Source: an uncultured delta proteobacterium
Lineage (GTDB): Bacteria > Myxococcota > UBA727 > VGSZ01
DNA length: 64,000 bases
Direction: 5' to 3'
Assembly (NCBI GenBank): GCA_963775425.1
Contig: CAVZJB010000003.1
Span: 160,001-224,000 of the forward strand
The position numbers were made by a program, and so were the translations under genes. Below are positions 9,145 to 20,648 of this stretch, in pieces (position 1 is the stretch's first letter; each line of letters starts with the position of its first letter). The notes beneath the pieces were generated by a model. That model did not search any database. It worked only from the letters and a program-made list of their open reading frames with translations, and was not told where the DNA came from.

Positions 9145-9903
9145 TCAGTCGAGGGTCACGACGACGGGGACGTGGTCCGACGGCTCCTCGAGGGACGGCA
9201 GGGCGTCGTCGTCGCGCAGCGCGCGCCTCGAGCGGGCGCCCGCCGCCTCGAGGCCGCCGCTCGCGAGCACGAAGTCGATGCGCCGCGCGCGCCCGTTGGC
9301 GACCGACGTAGGAGCCGGCGCGGCCGGGTCGGCGTCGCGGAAGCCCGCGGCGAGGAAGAGCTGCACGACGTCGTCGTCGGCGCCGGCGTTGAAGTCGCCG
9401 CACACGACGCAGGCGTCGTCGCCGGCGACCTCGGAGAGGCCCGCGAGCAGGGCGTCGGCCTGCGCGAGGCCCAGGCGGTGGGGGGGAGGCGTCCCCGGCG
9501 GATCCCACTTCAGGTGCGTGTTGGCGACGACGATCGATCCGCCCGGTCCGCGCACGCGCATGAGCTGCGCGACGTGGCCGGTGCCGTCGTCGTAGGCGAG
9601 CGTGGCGAGCGGGGCGTCGAGCAATTCGGTGCGCACCACGAGCGCGCAGCCGTCGGGCCTGCCGCCGCCCTTGCCGGCGAAGGTGACGTGGCGCTCGGGT
9701 GACAGCCGCGCCTTCAGCGCCGCCACCAGCGCGGGCTCCGCCTCCTGCAGCGCGACGACGTCGGCGTCGAGGGCGGCGACGCGCTCGACGACGCGGGCGC
9801 GGCGCGCCTTGTCCTCGAGCGCCGCGGGCGCCGAGCGTTCGTAGCGGTCGGGGCGGACGTAGGCCTGGGCGAGCACGTTCCAGGTGGCGACGGTGAGAGC
9901 CAT
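9145..9903 (-). CDS. Endonuclease/exonuclease/phosphatase family protein (CCR4/nocturnin-like)
   Basis: TWNVLA, ALQE, NTHL, CGDFN, IDF, PSDH motifs. Confidence 0.88.
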   Translation of the reverse strand: MALTVATWNVLAQAYVRPDRYERSAPAALEDKARRARVVERVAALDADVVALQEAEPALVAALKARLSPERHVTFAGKGGGRPDGCALVVRTELLDAPLATLAYDDGTGHVAQLMRVRGPGGSIVVANTHLKWDPPGTPPPHRLGLAQADALLAGLSEVAGDDACVVCGDFNAGADDDVVQLFLAAGFRDADPAAPAPTSVANGRARRIDFVLASGGLEAAGARSRRALRDDDALPSLEEPSDHVPVVVTLD

Positions 9904-10044
9904 CCCCGGAACATAGCCTCGCCTCGCGGCGTGCGCGCCGAGCTGCGGCGTCGACGGCGATGTGTGCGACGCCCGCGCCGCTCGCCCGCCTGGGAGGGCA
10001 CGCGCACGCTGCCGCGCCCCCCTCGATGCTCTAGCATCGTGCGT

Positions 10045-10809
10045 GTGCGCGCCGCTCGACGCACCCGTGCTGCCATCGCCGTCGCTGCCCCCGTCAGGGC
10101 CGTCACCGCGGTCACCGTCGTTATCGTCGTCACCACCGTGACCGTCGTCGTCGTCGCGGGGTGCCCGCGCTCCGACGTCCCCACCCCGGCGTTCGCGGAG
10201 GCGAAGGGCGCGTACGACAAGGCGATGGCAGACACGGCCGACACGAGCTACGCCGGGCCCCGCTGGGACGAGGTGCTGCGACTGCTCCACGCCGTGCCGC
10301 GGACGAACGCGCACGAGCGGCACGTCGCCGAGCTGCTCGCCGGGGACATCGAGGACACCCGCCGCCGCGTCGGCGCCGAGCTGGCCCGGAGCAGCGCCGA
10401 GGCGGACAAGCTCCTCGACGCGCCGCACCTCGCGCCGCTCCCGACGCCGCGCGCCGCGCCTGCGCGCGCCGCGCCTCGCGCCGCGGACTGCGCCGGCCTG
10501 TGCGTGACCAGCGCCCGCGCCTGCCTCGTCGACAAGGGCTGCACCGACGACGGCAAGGGTGTGCACTGCACCGGGGAGGCGCTCGCCGCCATCTCGGCCT
10601 GCCAACAAGCACAGGCGCGCTGCCGGCAGAAGTGCTCGCCCGAGCGCGCCGCCTGCATCCAGTGCGACATCGACGAGAACGACTGCTTCGGCGACCTCGA
10701 CGGCTGCGCCGGCGCCGGCGACCACTGGCGCTGTCCGCCCGCCGCCGCGGACGACGCAGCCTCGTGCCGCGAGCGCGCCAGGACGTGCCGCGCCGCGACG
10801 TGTCACTGA
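10045..10809 (+). CDS. Cys-rich lipoprotein, hypothetical
   Basis: Hydrophobic signal ending VAGC lipobox; Cys-rich C-terminus; TAGCAT box 7 nt before the GTG at 10045. Confidence 0.65.
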   Translation: MRAARRTRAAIAVAAPVRAVTAVTVVIVVTTVTVVVVAGCPRSDVPTPAFAEAKGAYDKAMADTADTSYAGPRWDEVLRLLHAVPRTNAHERHVAELLAGDIEDTRRRVGAELARSSAEADKLLDAPHLAPLPTPRAAPARAAPRAADCAGLCVTSARACLVDKGCTDDGKGVHCTGEALAAISACQQAQARCRQKCSPERAACIQCDIDENDCFGDLDGCAGAGDHWRCPPAAADDAASCRERARTCRAATCH

Positions 10810-10907
10810 GGGGCGGCGCCGCTCATTCACCGAGGCCCTCGGCGTCAGCGACGCCTGCAGCGCGTTTTCCTCCGAGGTGCCGAGGGTGCTTCGACGCGGG
10901 CGCGCGC

Positions 10908-11936
10908 TCAGCGGCTGCGCGGCGGGTGGAGTCCGAGCTTGTTGAGCAGGCGCTCGTCGCCCTCGTGGTTCTCTTTCCAGTAGGGGGTGCGCAGGGAGCC
11001 CGTGAGGGCCAGCGACGTGCCGTCGGACGAGGTGAGCCGCGCCACCCGGTGCGGGGCCGCGTCCTCGACGCACAGCTCGACGCGGCGCCCGCCGTCGACC
11101 TCGACGCGCGCGACGTGACACGGGATGCGCCCGGCGGGGACGTCGGCGACGACACCCTCCCGGGCGCGCGAGAGCGTCGCGGTGGTCCAGGCGAGCGGGC
11201 GGTGCAACAGGCGCGCGCGCGCGAGCGCGGGCAGGAACGCGACGGTGGCGCTCGCGCCGGGCGCGACCACCGGGGCGGCGAGGCCGCGGGCCCAGGTGAG
11301 GAGCGCGTCCTCGACGAGCGCGTCGCCGGCAGGCGGGGCGAGCACATGGGCGCCGGTCTCGCCGTCGAAGTAGGAGCGCACCACCTCGGAGCCGCGGCCG
11401 CGCGCGTCGAAGACGACGTCGGTGTACGTGGTGCCGCACCACTCCTGCGAGGAGAACGCGACCTTCGGCGTCCAGCCCGGCGGCGCGACCCGCGCGCGCC
11501 CTGCGGCGTCGCCTGGAGCGGTGAGGGCGATCCACGACGACGTCATCAGGTTGTAGTCGTAGATGCCCGTCTGGAAGTCCTCGACGAGGTTGAGCTTCAG
11601 GACCTGCATCACGTCGCCGGCGGCGTGCTTGCCTTCGTCGGCCTTCACGTGGCCCTCGACGCTCCAGGGCTCGGTGACGAAGACGGCCACCACCGTGCCC
11701 GTGCGCTTCTCCCCGTAGCGGTCGCGCACGAGGGCGTAGCCGTCGATCTCGGCCTTGCCGTCGCCCCACGTCTTCCAGAAGGCGCCGTCGTACGCGGGGG
11801 CGGCGGCGCGCGCGGTCGACGACGCGAAGGCGGCGGTGACGCTCGCGGCCAGCGTCCAGCCCAGCGCCGTTGCCCACGGTGTGGCCGGCGTGGTCCCGCC
11901 GCCGAAGCGGCGCCGGGAGCGGGTGGCGGTGCGCAT
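10908..11936 (-). CDS. Conserved secreted hypothetical protein
   Basis: Signal peptide; W.DGKAE..Y....RYG, VFVTEP, VLKLN, FQTGIYDY, SSQEWCG motifs of an uncharacterised family. Confidence 0.75.
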   Translation of the reverse strand: MRTATRSRRRFGGGTTPATPWATALGWTLAASVTAAFASSTARAAAPAYDGAFWKTWGDGKAEIDGYALVRDRYGEKRTGTVVAVFVTEPWSVEGHVKADEGKHAAGDVMQVLKLNLVEDFQTGIYDYNLMTSSWIALTAPGDAAGRARVAPPGWTPKVAFSSQEWCGTTYTDVVFDARGRGSEVVRSYFDGETGAHVLAPPAGDALVEDALLTWARGLAAPVVAPGASATVAFLPALARARLLHRPLAWTTATLSRAREGVVADVPAGRIPCHVARVEVDGGRRVELCVEDAAPHRVARLTSSDGTSLALTGSLRTPYWKENHEGDERLLNKLGLHPPRSR

Positions 11937-11944
11937 GCCGCGGG

Positions 11945-13069
11945 CTACCACCCGCGCGCGAGGGGCGCGAGGGCGCGCGCGACGGCGGCGGTGGCGTCCT
12001 CGGCGGCGGCCTCCGACGACGTCAGGCGGCGAAACGCGAGCGACGCGCCGGCGCCGGCGCCGGCGACGAGCGCGCGCAGCTCGTCGAGGCGCGCCTGCGC
12101 AAGCGCGAGGAGGTCGCCACGCGCGTCCGCCTTCCCCGGGGGGGCGCGCGACACAAGGAGGGAGCGCACGTCGGCGTCGACGAGGAACAGCCGCGCCGGC
12201 GCGGCCCCGGGGACGAGCGGCCGCGCGGCGTCGAGGGGAAACAGGCCGAGCAGGCGCGGGCCCGGCGGCGGCGGCGGCAGCAGGCGGACAACGACGTCGG
12301 CGAAGAAGCCCTCCTCGGCGGGGGCGCCGGCGGCGACGGCGGCCGCGAGGCGCGCGAAGCGCTCGACCGCGCGCGTGGTCGAGCCCATCGTCGAGCCCAT
12401 CGTCGAGCCCACAGGGGGCGCCGCCGTCGACGGGGACGTCGACAGCGCCGCCGCGAGGGGCGTGGACGCTTCGAGCGCGCGCAACGGCGAGAGCCAGCCG
12501 CGCTCAAGCGCCTCGCGGACGTCGGGCGCGAGGGCCGACGACGCCAAGGCCTCGTCGAGGGCGTCCGCCGCGCGGCCCGCGGGCAGCGCGAGCGCCGCCG
12601 CCGCGCGCGCGTCGTCGACGATGAGGAATTGCACGAAGCCGGGGTCGAAGAGCTCGATGTAGTCGGCGGGGCCGAGCGCCGCTCCTGCGGGCGCATCGCC
12701 GGCCCGCGCGAGCGCCTCGGCCAGCTCCCGCGCGCGATCGTCGAGCGCGCCGAGGGCGCCGGCGGCGACGGCGTCGTCGACGAGCGCGACGGGGTCGACG
12801 GCGATGATCGCGCGCGGAAAGCCGAGGGCACCGGCGGGGAGCTCGCGCTCCGGGAACCAGAACGCGCCGTGCCGCTCGCACAGCCGCCGGCCGAGGAGCG
12901 CGGCGAAGGCGAGCCGGAGGCGGGCCCCGGACGGCGACGCCGAGGCGGCGCGGAGGGGGTCGAGCGCCGAAAACGGCGTCGTCGCCGCGTCGAAGGCGAG
13001 CCCCCCCGCGCGCGCCTCCGCCTCGAGGAAGGCCACGGCCTGCGCCACGAACGCGGGCTCCTCGCTCAT
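11945..13069 (-). CDS. Hypothetical protein
   Basis: Fills the gap co-directionally between the GH13 gene and the next gene; GC3-rich codons; no recognisable motif. Confidence 0.55.
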   Translation of the reverse strand: MSEEPAFVAQAVAFLEAEARAGGLAFDAATTPFSALDPLRAASASPSGARLRLAFAALLGRRLCERHGAFWFPERELPAGALGFPRAIIAVDPVALVDDAVAAGALGALDDRARELAEALARAGDAPAGAALGPADYIELFDPGFVQFLIVDDARAAAALALPAGRAADALDEALASSALAPDVREALERGWLSPLRALEASTPLAAALSTSPSTAAPPVGSTMGSTMGSTTRAVERFARLAAAVAAGAPAEEGFFADVVVRLLPPPPPGPRLLGLFPLDAARPLVPGAAPARLFLVDADVRSLLVSRAPPGKADARGDLLALAQARLDELRALVAGAGAGASLAFRRLTSSEAAAEDATAAVARALAPLARGW

Positions 13070-13091
13070 CCGTCGCCCGTCGGGAGCGGCA

Positions 13092-15842
13092 TCAGGCGCG
13101 CTCGAGGTACATGGCCTCGTAGGGCGCGAGGCGGAGCTCGATGCGGTCGCCGTGGACGGCGAAGGGCACGTCGCGCTCCTTGCCGTCGATCTCGCCCTGC
13201 AGGAGGTCGTGCAGGCGGGTGACGCCGTCCCAGCCGAGCTTCTCTTCGACCTCGGCGCGCGGGAGCACCACGGTCTTGTCGTCGCCGGTGAGGTTGATGA
13301 GCTGGAGCAGCGGGGCGTCGTCGGTGTCGGCGGACGTGCGGGCGAAGGAGACGACGCCCGCGTCGGGGTTTTTCACCTCGACGACCCGGTTGCTGCGCAC
13401 GGACCCGTTGTTGTCCCAGAGCGCGTTGAGCGCGCGCACGGTGACCGCGGGCTTGTACCCGTCGCCGAGCGCCTTCTCGAACGCCGACAAGGGCACCGGG
13501 CCCCGGTCGAGGTCGCGCGTGTCGCGCGCCTTCTGCGGGTCGGGCGTCTCGCCCGCCGCCTTCTGCGCCGCCAGGCGATCCTTGGTCTTTTGCTCGAAGT
13601 ACCCGTAGTCGTTCTGCTCGCCGACGACGGTGCGGTAGTAGACCGCCGGGTGCCCCTTGCTGCTGTAGAGGAGCACGTGGGCCATGGCGAGCCGATCGGC
13701 GCTTCCGTCGAGGAGCGTGGCGGGCGCGTCGCCGACGCCGCGGCCGGCGAACTCGTGGAAGCCGCGCTGCACGAGCGCCCTTCGGAGCTCCGGGTCGCGG
13801 ATCAGCGTCTCGTCGTGGAGCCCGAGGTACACGAGCAGCGACTTGTGCGCCGGCAGCTCCCCGAGCGACGCCTGCTCCTCGACCCACGCGCTCTTGTCTT
13901 CCTTGAGGAGCGAGTCCCAGATGGCGCGGTGGACGTCGAAGCTGATGAGGGCGTCGCCGGCGGTGTTCTCGATCTTGCCGCCGAAGGTCTTCTCGGGCGC
14001 GAGCCAGTCCTTCCTGGCCTCGTCCCACGGCAGGTTGGCCTCGGGGAGGAACATGTTGCCCGGAGCGACGTGGGCGGCGAACGCCTTGGACAGCGCCATG
14101 AACGCCTGCGACTCGGGCAGGTTCATGTTGAACGTGCCCGGGCGCTTGCCCATGTGGATGATGGCGTCCATGCGCGTGCCCATCTGGCCCATGTTCGCGA
14201 ACTTGCCGATGGTGTGCAGGTAGTCCGCGAGCACGGCGGGGTCCTCGGCGTTCACGTCCCACTGAAACGGGTTCATGAACGACGCGAAGATGTTGTGCTC
14301 GCCGTCGCTGGACGCGGCCTTGATGAAGGTGTCGGGGTTGTTGTCCGGGAAGATCTGCCAGACGTGCGAGATCTTGCCGGCGTTTTCGCCCTTCATGTGC
14401 AGGAAGACGTTGAAGGTCTTTCCGTCGACGACGCGCTCGCCGATCTTCTGCGCGTCGTCCCACACGACGAAGCGGGAGAGCATGGAGGTGTCGCCCGCGA
14501 CGAGCGCCTTGGCCCACGCGTGCTCGTTGGAGACGTGGTTCGCGACGAGGTCGGCGGTGACGCGCATGCCGCGATCGACGGCGGCGCCCATGAAGCGCCC
14601 GTACGCCTCCGTTCCGCCGCGCGCGGGGTCGACCTCGGCGTGGTTGCTGATGTCGTAGCCGCCGTCTTTCTGCGGCGACTCGAAGAACGGCAGCAGCTCG
14701 ATCTCGCGGAAGCCGAAGCCCCGCGCCGCGTCGCCGTCGTGCTTGCCGGCGCCGGTGGCCTTCGCCCCGCGGACCATGGACGACAGCGGGGCGGCGGGGC
14801 CCTGGATGACGTCGAGGGCGTGGGCGAGATCGTCGAAGGTGGCCTCGCTCTTTCCGTCGGGGACGCCGATGAACTGCGCGTACCCGTAGAACACGGGCCC
14901 GAAGCGCGGCTGGGTGCGCAGCGCCTCGTGGAACTCTTTCACCTCGGCGGGCTGCGCCTCGAGCGTCTGGTAGACGGCCTTGAAGAACTCGACGATGAGC
15001 GCGTCGGCGTTCTTGGGCGAGAGCTTCTTGGCCTGCTCCACGACGTGCTCGTAGCGCGCGCGGCTCGTGTAGCCCTTGTCGACGAGCGCCGCCCACGGGT
15101 TGCGGGCGCGCGCCGTGTCGTTTGCGTCGCCGTAGACGGCGCGGGCGAGGGCGGCGGCCTCGACGTGGGCGTCGTAGGCGCCGCCCTCGAGGACCTGCGT
15201 GGCCTTCCGGTCGACGTCGGCCTTGTGCAGCCGTGCGCCGACGCCACCCGAGAGCGCGCCCTGGCGGATGACGCCGTCGCCGCCGGGGCGCCGGCGCGCC
15301 GTGCGCCGCGCCGGCGCTTCGAGGGCGGGCTCGAAGCTCTCGCCGCGCGCGACGCCGTCCATGAGCGCCTTCTTGAAGGCGTCGGAGGTCAGGCCGTCGC
15401 TGACCTTGCCCTTGGCGTCGATGCGCAGCGGCAGCAGGTAGCGCTCCTTGGTGCCGTCGTCGAAGCGCGCCTCGACGGTGACGAGGGCGTGGCGGACGCC
15501 GGGCTCCGACGACGTCAGCGCGTGCTCGTCGAGGACCGAGAGCGCTGCGGGGGCCTTGCCGTCGAGGCCGAGCCCCGGCCGTTGTTGCAGGTGCTGCGCG
15601 AGGGACGTGAGGTCGACGGAGGTCTGCGGCGTCCGCCGCGCCTGCGGCTTGTTGGCGACGAAGGTCGCGGCCTTGTGCTCCGCGATCTTGTCGCCGCCGT
15701 CGAGCCCCGGGGCCGCCCCGGCGTTCACGTCCTGCGTCTTGCGCGTGCGCTTCCCGCTCAGCCCCGAGGTCTTGCGCTCGGACTGGAGCAGGGGCTGCCG
15801 GCGGTGCGGGGTGAGCGCCTTGGGCATGTCTGCGGCCATCAT
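13092..15842 (-). CDS. GH13 alpha-amylase family enzyme (trehalose synthase/amylosucrase-like) with N-terminal extension
   Basis: LLPFFESPQKDGGYDIS, DLVANHVS, RMDA (nucleophile), LPEAN (acid/base), LHDE. Start could be 15842, 15839 or 15827. Confidence 0.85.
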   Translation of the reverse strand: MMAADMPKALTPHRRQPLLQSERKTSGLSGKRTRKTQDVNAGAAPGLDGGDKIAEHKAATFVANKPQARRTPQTSVDLTSLAQHLQQRPGLGLDGKAPAALSVLDEHALTSSEPGVRHALVTVEARFDDGTKERYLLPLRIDAKGKVSDGLTSDAFKKALMDGVARGESFEPALEAPARRTARRRPGGDGVIRQGALSGGVGARLHKADVDRKATQVLEGGAYDAHVEAAALARAVYGDANDTARARNPWAALVDKGYTSRARYEHVVEQAKKLSPKNADALIVEFFKAVYQTLEAQPAEVKEFHEALRTQPRFGPVFYGYAQFIGVPDGKSEATFDDLAHALDVIQGPAAPLSSMVRGAKATGAGKHDGDAARGFGFREIELLPFFESPQKDGGYDISNHAEVDPARGGTEAYGRFMGAAVDRGMRVTADLVANHVSNEHAWAKALVAGDTSMLSRFVVWDDAQKIGERVVDGKTFNVFLHMKGENAGKISHVWQIFPDNNPDTFIKAASSDGEHNIFASFMNPFQWDVNAEDPAVLADYLHTIGKFANMGQMGTRMDAIIHMGKRPGTFNMNLPESQAFMALSKAFAAHVAPGNMFLPEANLPWDEARKDWLAPEKTFGGKIENTAGDALISFDVHRAIWDSLLKEDKSAWVEEQASLGELPAHKSLLVYLGLHDETLIRDPELRRALVQRGFHEFAGRGVGDAPATLLDGSADRLAMAHVLLYSSKGHPAVYYRTVVGEQNDYGYFEQKTKDRLAAQKAAGETPDPQKARDTRDLDRGPVPLSAFEKALGDGYKPAVTVRALNALWDNNGSVRSNRVVEVKNPDAGVVSFARTSADTDDAPLLQLINLTGDDKTVVLPRAEVEEKLGWDGVTRLHDLLQGEIDGKERDVPFAVHGDRIELRLAPYEAMYLERA

Positions 15843-15951
15843 AGGCCAGCAGGACGCGGGAACCTCCCCCTGTTGTCCGAGGCGTGCGCGCTGCACAGCC
15901 GCGCTGCCCATCGTCGACCGAACGCGCTAAGCGGCCCGCAAGGAGCCCCCG

Positions 15952-16539
15952 ATGACCCGCCGCGCTTTGTCCGCACTCCTGCCGATCTCCTTGCTGGCCC
16001 CCCTCTGCCTCGCGTCGTCGTCATGCTCGACGCCGGCGAAGGGCGCCGCCTCCGTGGCCCACGCCGCCGCCGGCGCGGCTGACGACGTCGAGGTGCCGTG
16101 GAAGGACGGCCCCATGGCGTTCGACGACGTGCCCGAGAAGCTGCGCGGCCGGTACATGAAGGAGATCGTGCTGCCCGCCATGAAGCCGATCTTCCAGAAG
16201 ATCGACGCCGAGAAGTTCCAGAAGTTCGGCTGCGCCGCGTGCCACGGCAAGGACGCGCGCGAGCGGCACTTCAAGATGCCGAACCCGAGCCTGCCCAAGC
16301 TGTCGATGTCTACGCACTTCGACAAGGACAAGGCCGCGCACCCGGAGACCTTCGACGCCATGGTGCACGAGGTGGAGCCGGAGATGGCCCGCCTCCTCGG
16401 CGAAAAGCCGTTCGACCCGGCGACGGGCAAGGGCTTCGGCTGCCTCGAATGCCACATGAGCGCCGACGAGCCCGCGGCTCCCGCTCCCGCTCCCGCGGCG
16501 CCCGCTCCCGCGGCGCCCGCGCCCGCCGCTGCGCCCTGA
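15952..16539 (+). CDS. Di-heme c-type cytochrome lipoprotein
   Basis: AAGGAG RBS; signal peptide with Cys; CAACH and CLECH heme-binding motifs; PAAPA-repeat tail. Confidence 0.8.
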   Translation: MTRRALSALLPISLLAPLCLASSSCSTPAKGAASVAHAAAGAADDVEVPWKDGPMAFDDVPEKLRGRYMKEIVLPAMKPIFQKIDAEKFQKFGCAACHGKDARERHFKMPNPSLPKLSMSTHFDKDKAAHPETFDAMVHEVEPEMARLLGEKPFDPATGKGFGCLECHMSADEPAAPAPAPAAPAPAAPAPAAAP

Positions 16540-16708
16540 GCGCGCTCAGCGCCCGGCGGTGACGACGGCGTCCTCGACGCACCCCGCGGCCCCTCGGCTG
16601 CACGTGCGGCGGTGGCGTCCTGGCGCGCGCGCGCGCGTCCTCGAGGGCGCTGTCGATCGCGGGCGCAGCGTGGCGCGCGGCGGCGTTGACGACGCTCGGC
16701 GCCCGGGG

Positions 16709-18781
<2,073 letters not shown>

Positions 18782-18858
18782 ATCCCCCCGGTGTAACGCC
18801 GACGGCCGGGTGGCGGCAACCGAGCGTCGACTTCCGGCTGTGTGCTAACAGGTCGGCG

Positions 18859-19959
18859 ATGCCCGCACTGCTCCTCGGCGCCCTGCTCGTCACCGCGGCC
18901 CCCGCGCCGCCGCCGCCGCAGTCGCCGGCGCCGGCCGCTACGCCCCCCGCCGCCGACGGCGGCAGCCGCATCGTGCGGCGCTCCCGGCCGCTGTACGGAA
19001 CGGTGGTCGAGATCGTCGCCTGGGGCGCCATCCCCGACGCGCGCGGGGCCGCCGGCAGGAACGCCGGCGCCGCCGCCTTCGACGCCGCCTTCGACGAGAT
19101 CGCCCGCGTCGACGCCGCCCTCGACGAGGGCGACCCGCGCTCCGCCGTCGCCCGCATCAACGCGGGCGCCGGCCACGAGACCGTGGTCGTCGACCCCGAG
19201 GTGTTCTTCGTCCTGTCCGAGCTGCAGCGGCTCGCCAAGCTCACCAAGGGCGCCTTCGACGTCACGGCGGCGGTCTACGACGAGGCCTGGCACTTCGAGG
19301 GCGGCGGCCACCCCGGCGCGGACGACGAGTCGGCGGGGCGCCCGGTGCCGGACAAGGTGGTCATCGACAAGGCGCGCAAGCTCGTGGGGTACGACGACCT
19401 CGTCCTCGACCCGGCGGCGCGCACGGCGCGCTTGAGCACGGCAGGCGCACGGCTCGGTGTCCACGACGTCGCCCGCGGGTACGCCCTCGAGCGGGCCGCC
19501 GCGGTCCTCGAGGAGCACGGCCTGCACGACTTCATCGTGTCCGCCGCCGGCGACCTCGTCGTGCGCGGCGACAAGGGCGGCCGGCCCTGGATGGTCGGGG
19601 TGCAGGACCCGCGTGCCTCGGGCCACTTCGCGGCGTTCCCCACGGGCGCCGGCGCGGTGATGACCACCGCCGACGACGAGCAGTTCTTCTTCGACGGCGG
19701 CGTCCGCTACCACAACGTCATCGACCCGCGCACCGGCCGCCCGGCCACCAAGTGCCGCAGCGTGACCATCGTTGCGAAGGACGCGCTCACGTCGGAGGCG
19801 CTGTCGCGGGCGGTGTTCGTCCTCGGCGCGCGCGACGGCATGGTCCTCGTGGACCGCCTCGGCGACGACACCGTGATCGTCACCAGCGACAACAAGGTCG
19901 TCGTCTCCCGCGGCCTGCGCGACGTCATCCAGCAACGCCCGCCGACCGACGGGCCGTAA
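18859..19959 (+). CDS. apbE: FAD:protein FMN transferase (ApbE family)
   Basis: YGT, GAFDVT, VARGYA, GD, WMVGVQDP, YHNVIDPRTG motifs. Confidence 0.88.
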   Translation: MPALLLGALLVTAAPAPPPPQSPAPAATPPAADGGSRIVRRSRPLYGTVVEIVAWGAIPDARGAAGRNAGAAAFDAAFDEIARVDAALDEGDPRSAVARINAGAGHETVVVDPEVFFVLSELQRLAKLTKGAFDVTAAVYDEAWHFEGGGHPGADDESAGRPVPDKVVIDKARKLVGYDDLVLDPAARTARLSTAGARLGVHDVARGYALERAAAVLEEHGLHDFIVSAAGDLVVRGDKGGRPWMVGVQDPRASGHFAAFPTGAGAVMTTADDEQFFFDGGVRYHNVIDPRTGRPATKCRSVTIVAKDALTSEALSRAVFVLGARDGMVLVDRLGDDTVIVTSDNKVVVSRGLRDVIQQRPPTDGP

Positions 19960-20053
19960 CTGTGACGCCGCCTGTCGGCGGGGTGCCGGGCGACTTCGGT
20001 GGCTGCCTCCGCCGCGCGGCGCGGGGGCGTCGTCAGCCCGCCCTCGGCGTCGG

Positions 20054-20581
20054 CTACGCCGCAGAATCGACGTCACGCGGCGCGTCGATGCCCCAGAGGC
20101 CGCAGGAGAAGCCGCGGACCTCGCGGTGCTCGAGGAAGCGCTCGCCGATGGCCTCGGCCACCTTGATGGAGGCGTGGTTCTCGACGTGGATGACGCTGAC
20201 GATGCGCTCGACCTCGAGCCGCTCGAACCCCCAGCGCACCGCCGCCGCCGCCGCCTCCTTGGCGAAGCCGCGGCGCCGCTGCTCCGGCGCGATGAGCCAA
20301 CCGACCTCGACGCCGGGCCAGCCCTCCGGGTTCCACAGGCCGACGCGGCCCACGAGCGCGCCGCTCGCCTCCTCGACGACGCCCCACAGGCCGTAGCTGC
20401 GCAGCTGCCAGTGGCCGAGCATCGTCGCCAGCGAGCGCCACGCGTCCTCGCGGGACAGGGGCTGGCCGCCGATGTAGCGGGCGGTGTCCTCGTCGGCGAG
20501 CCAGCGGGCGTACACCTCGAAGTCGGCCTCGCTGAGACCGCGCAACAAGAGCCGCTCGGTGTGGACGACCGGGATGTCCAT
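20054..20581 (-). CDS. GNAT family N-acetyltransferase (RimJ/RimL-like)
   Basis: TERLLLR, GHWQLRSYGLW, EVGW, RRGFAKEAA, NHASIKVAEAIG. Confidence 0.9.
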   Translation of the reverse strand: MDIPVVHTERLLLRGLSEADFEVYARWLADEDTARYIGGQPLSREDAWRSLATMLGHWQLRSYGLWGVVEEASGALVGRVGLWNPEGWPGVEVGWLIAPEQRRRGFAKEAAAAAVRWGFERLEVERIVSVIHVENHASIKVAEAIGERFLEHREVRGFSCGLWGIDAPRDVDSAA

Positions 20582-20648
20582 GCCGGTCACGCTACCCCAT
20601 CCCCGTGTGCGCGTTGACGCGGGCGGGCGGGCGAAAGCGCGCTTCGCC

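Noticed and set aside
9904-11877. 910-aa ORF extending the EEP gene
   Set aside because: Arg-rich off-frame and antisense read-through; EEP motifs begin at the ATG at 9903.
12378-12412. 12-bp in-frame repeat encoding GSTM units
   Set aside because: About three copies in a linker; consistent with ordinary slippage.
12804-16082. 1092-aa plus-strand ORF
   Set aside because: Antisense shadow of the GH13 gene, typical of high-GC DNA.
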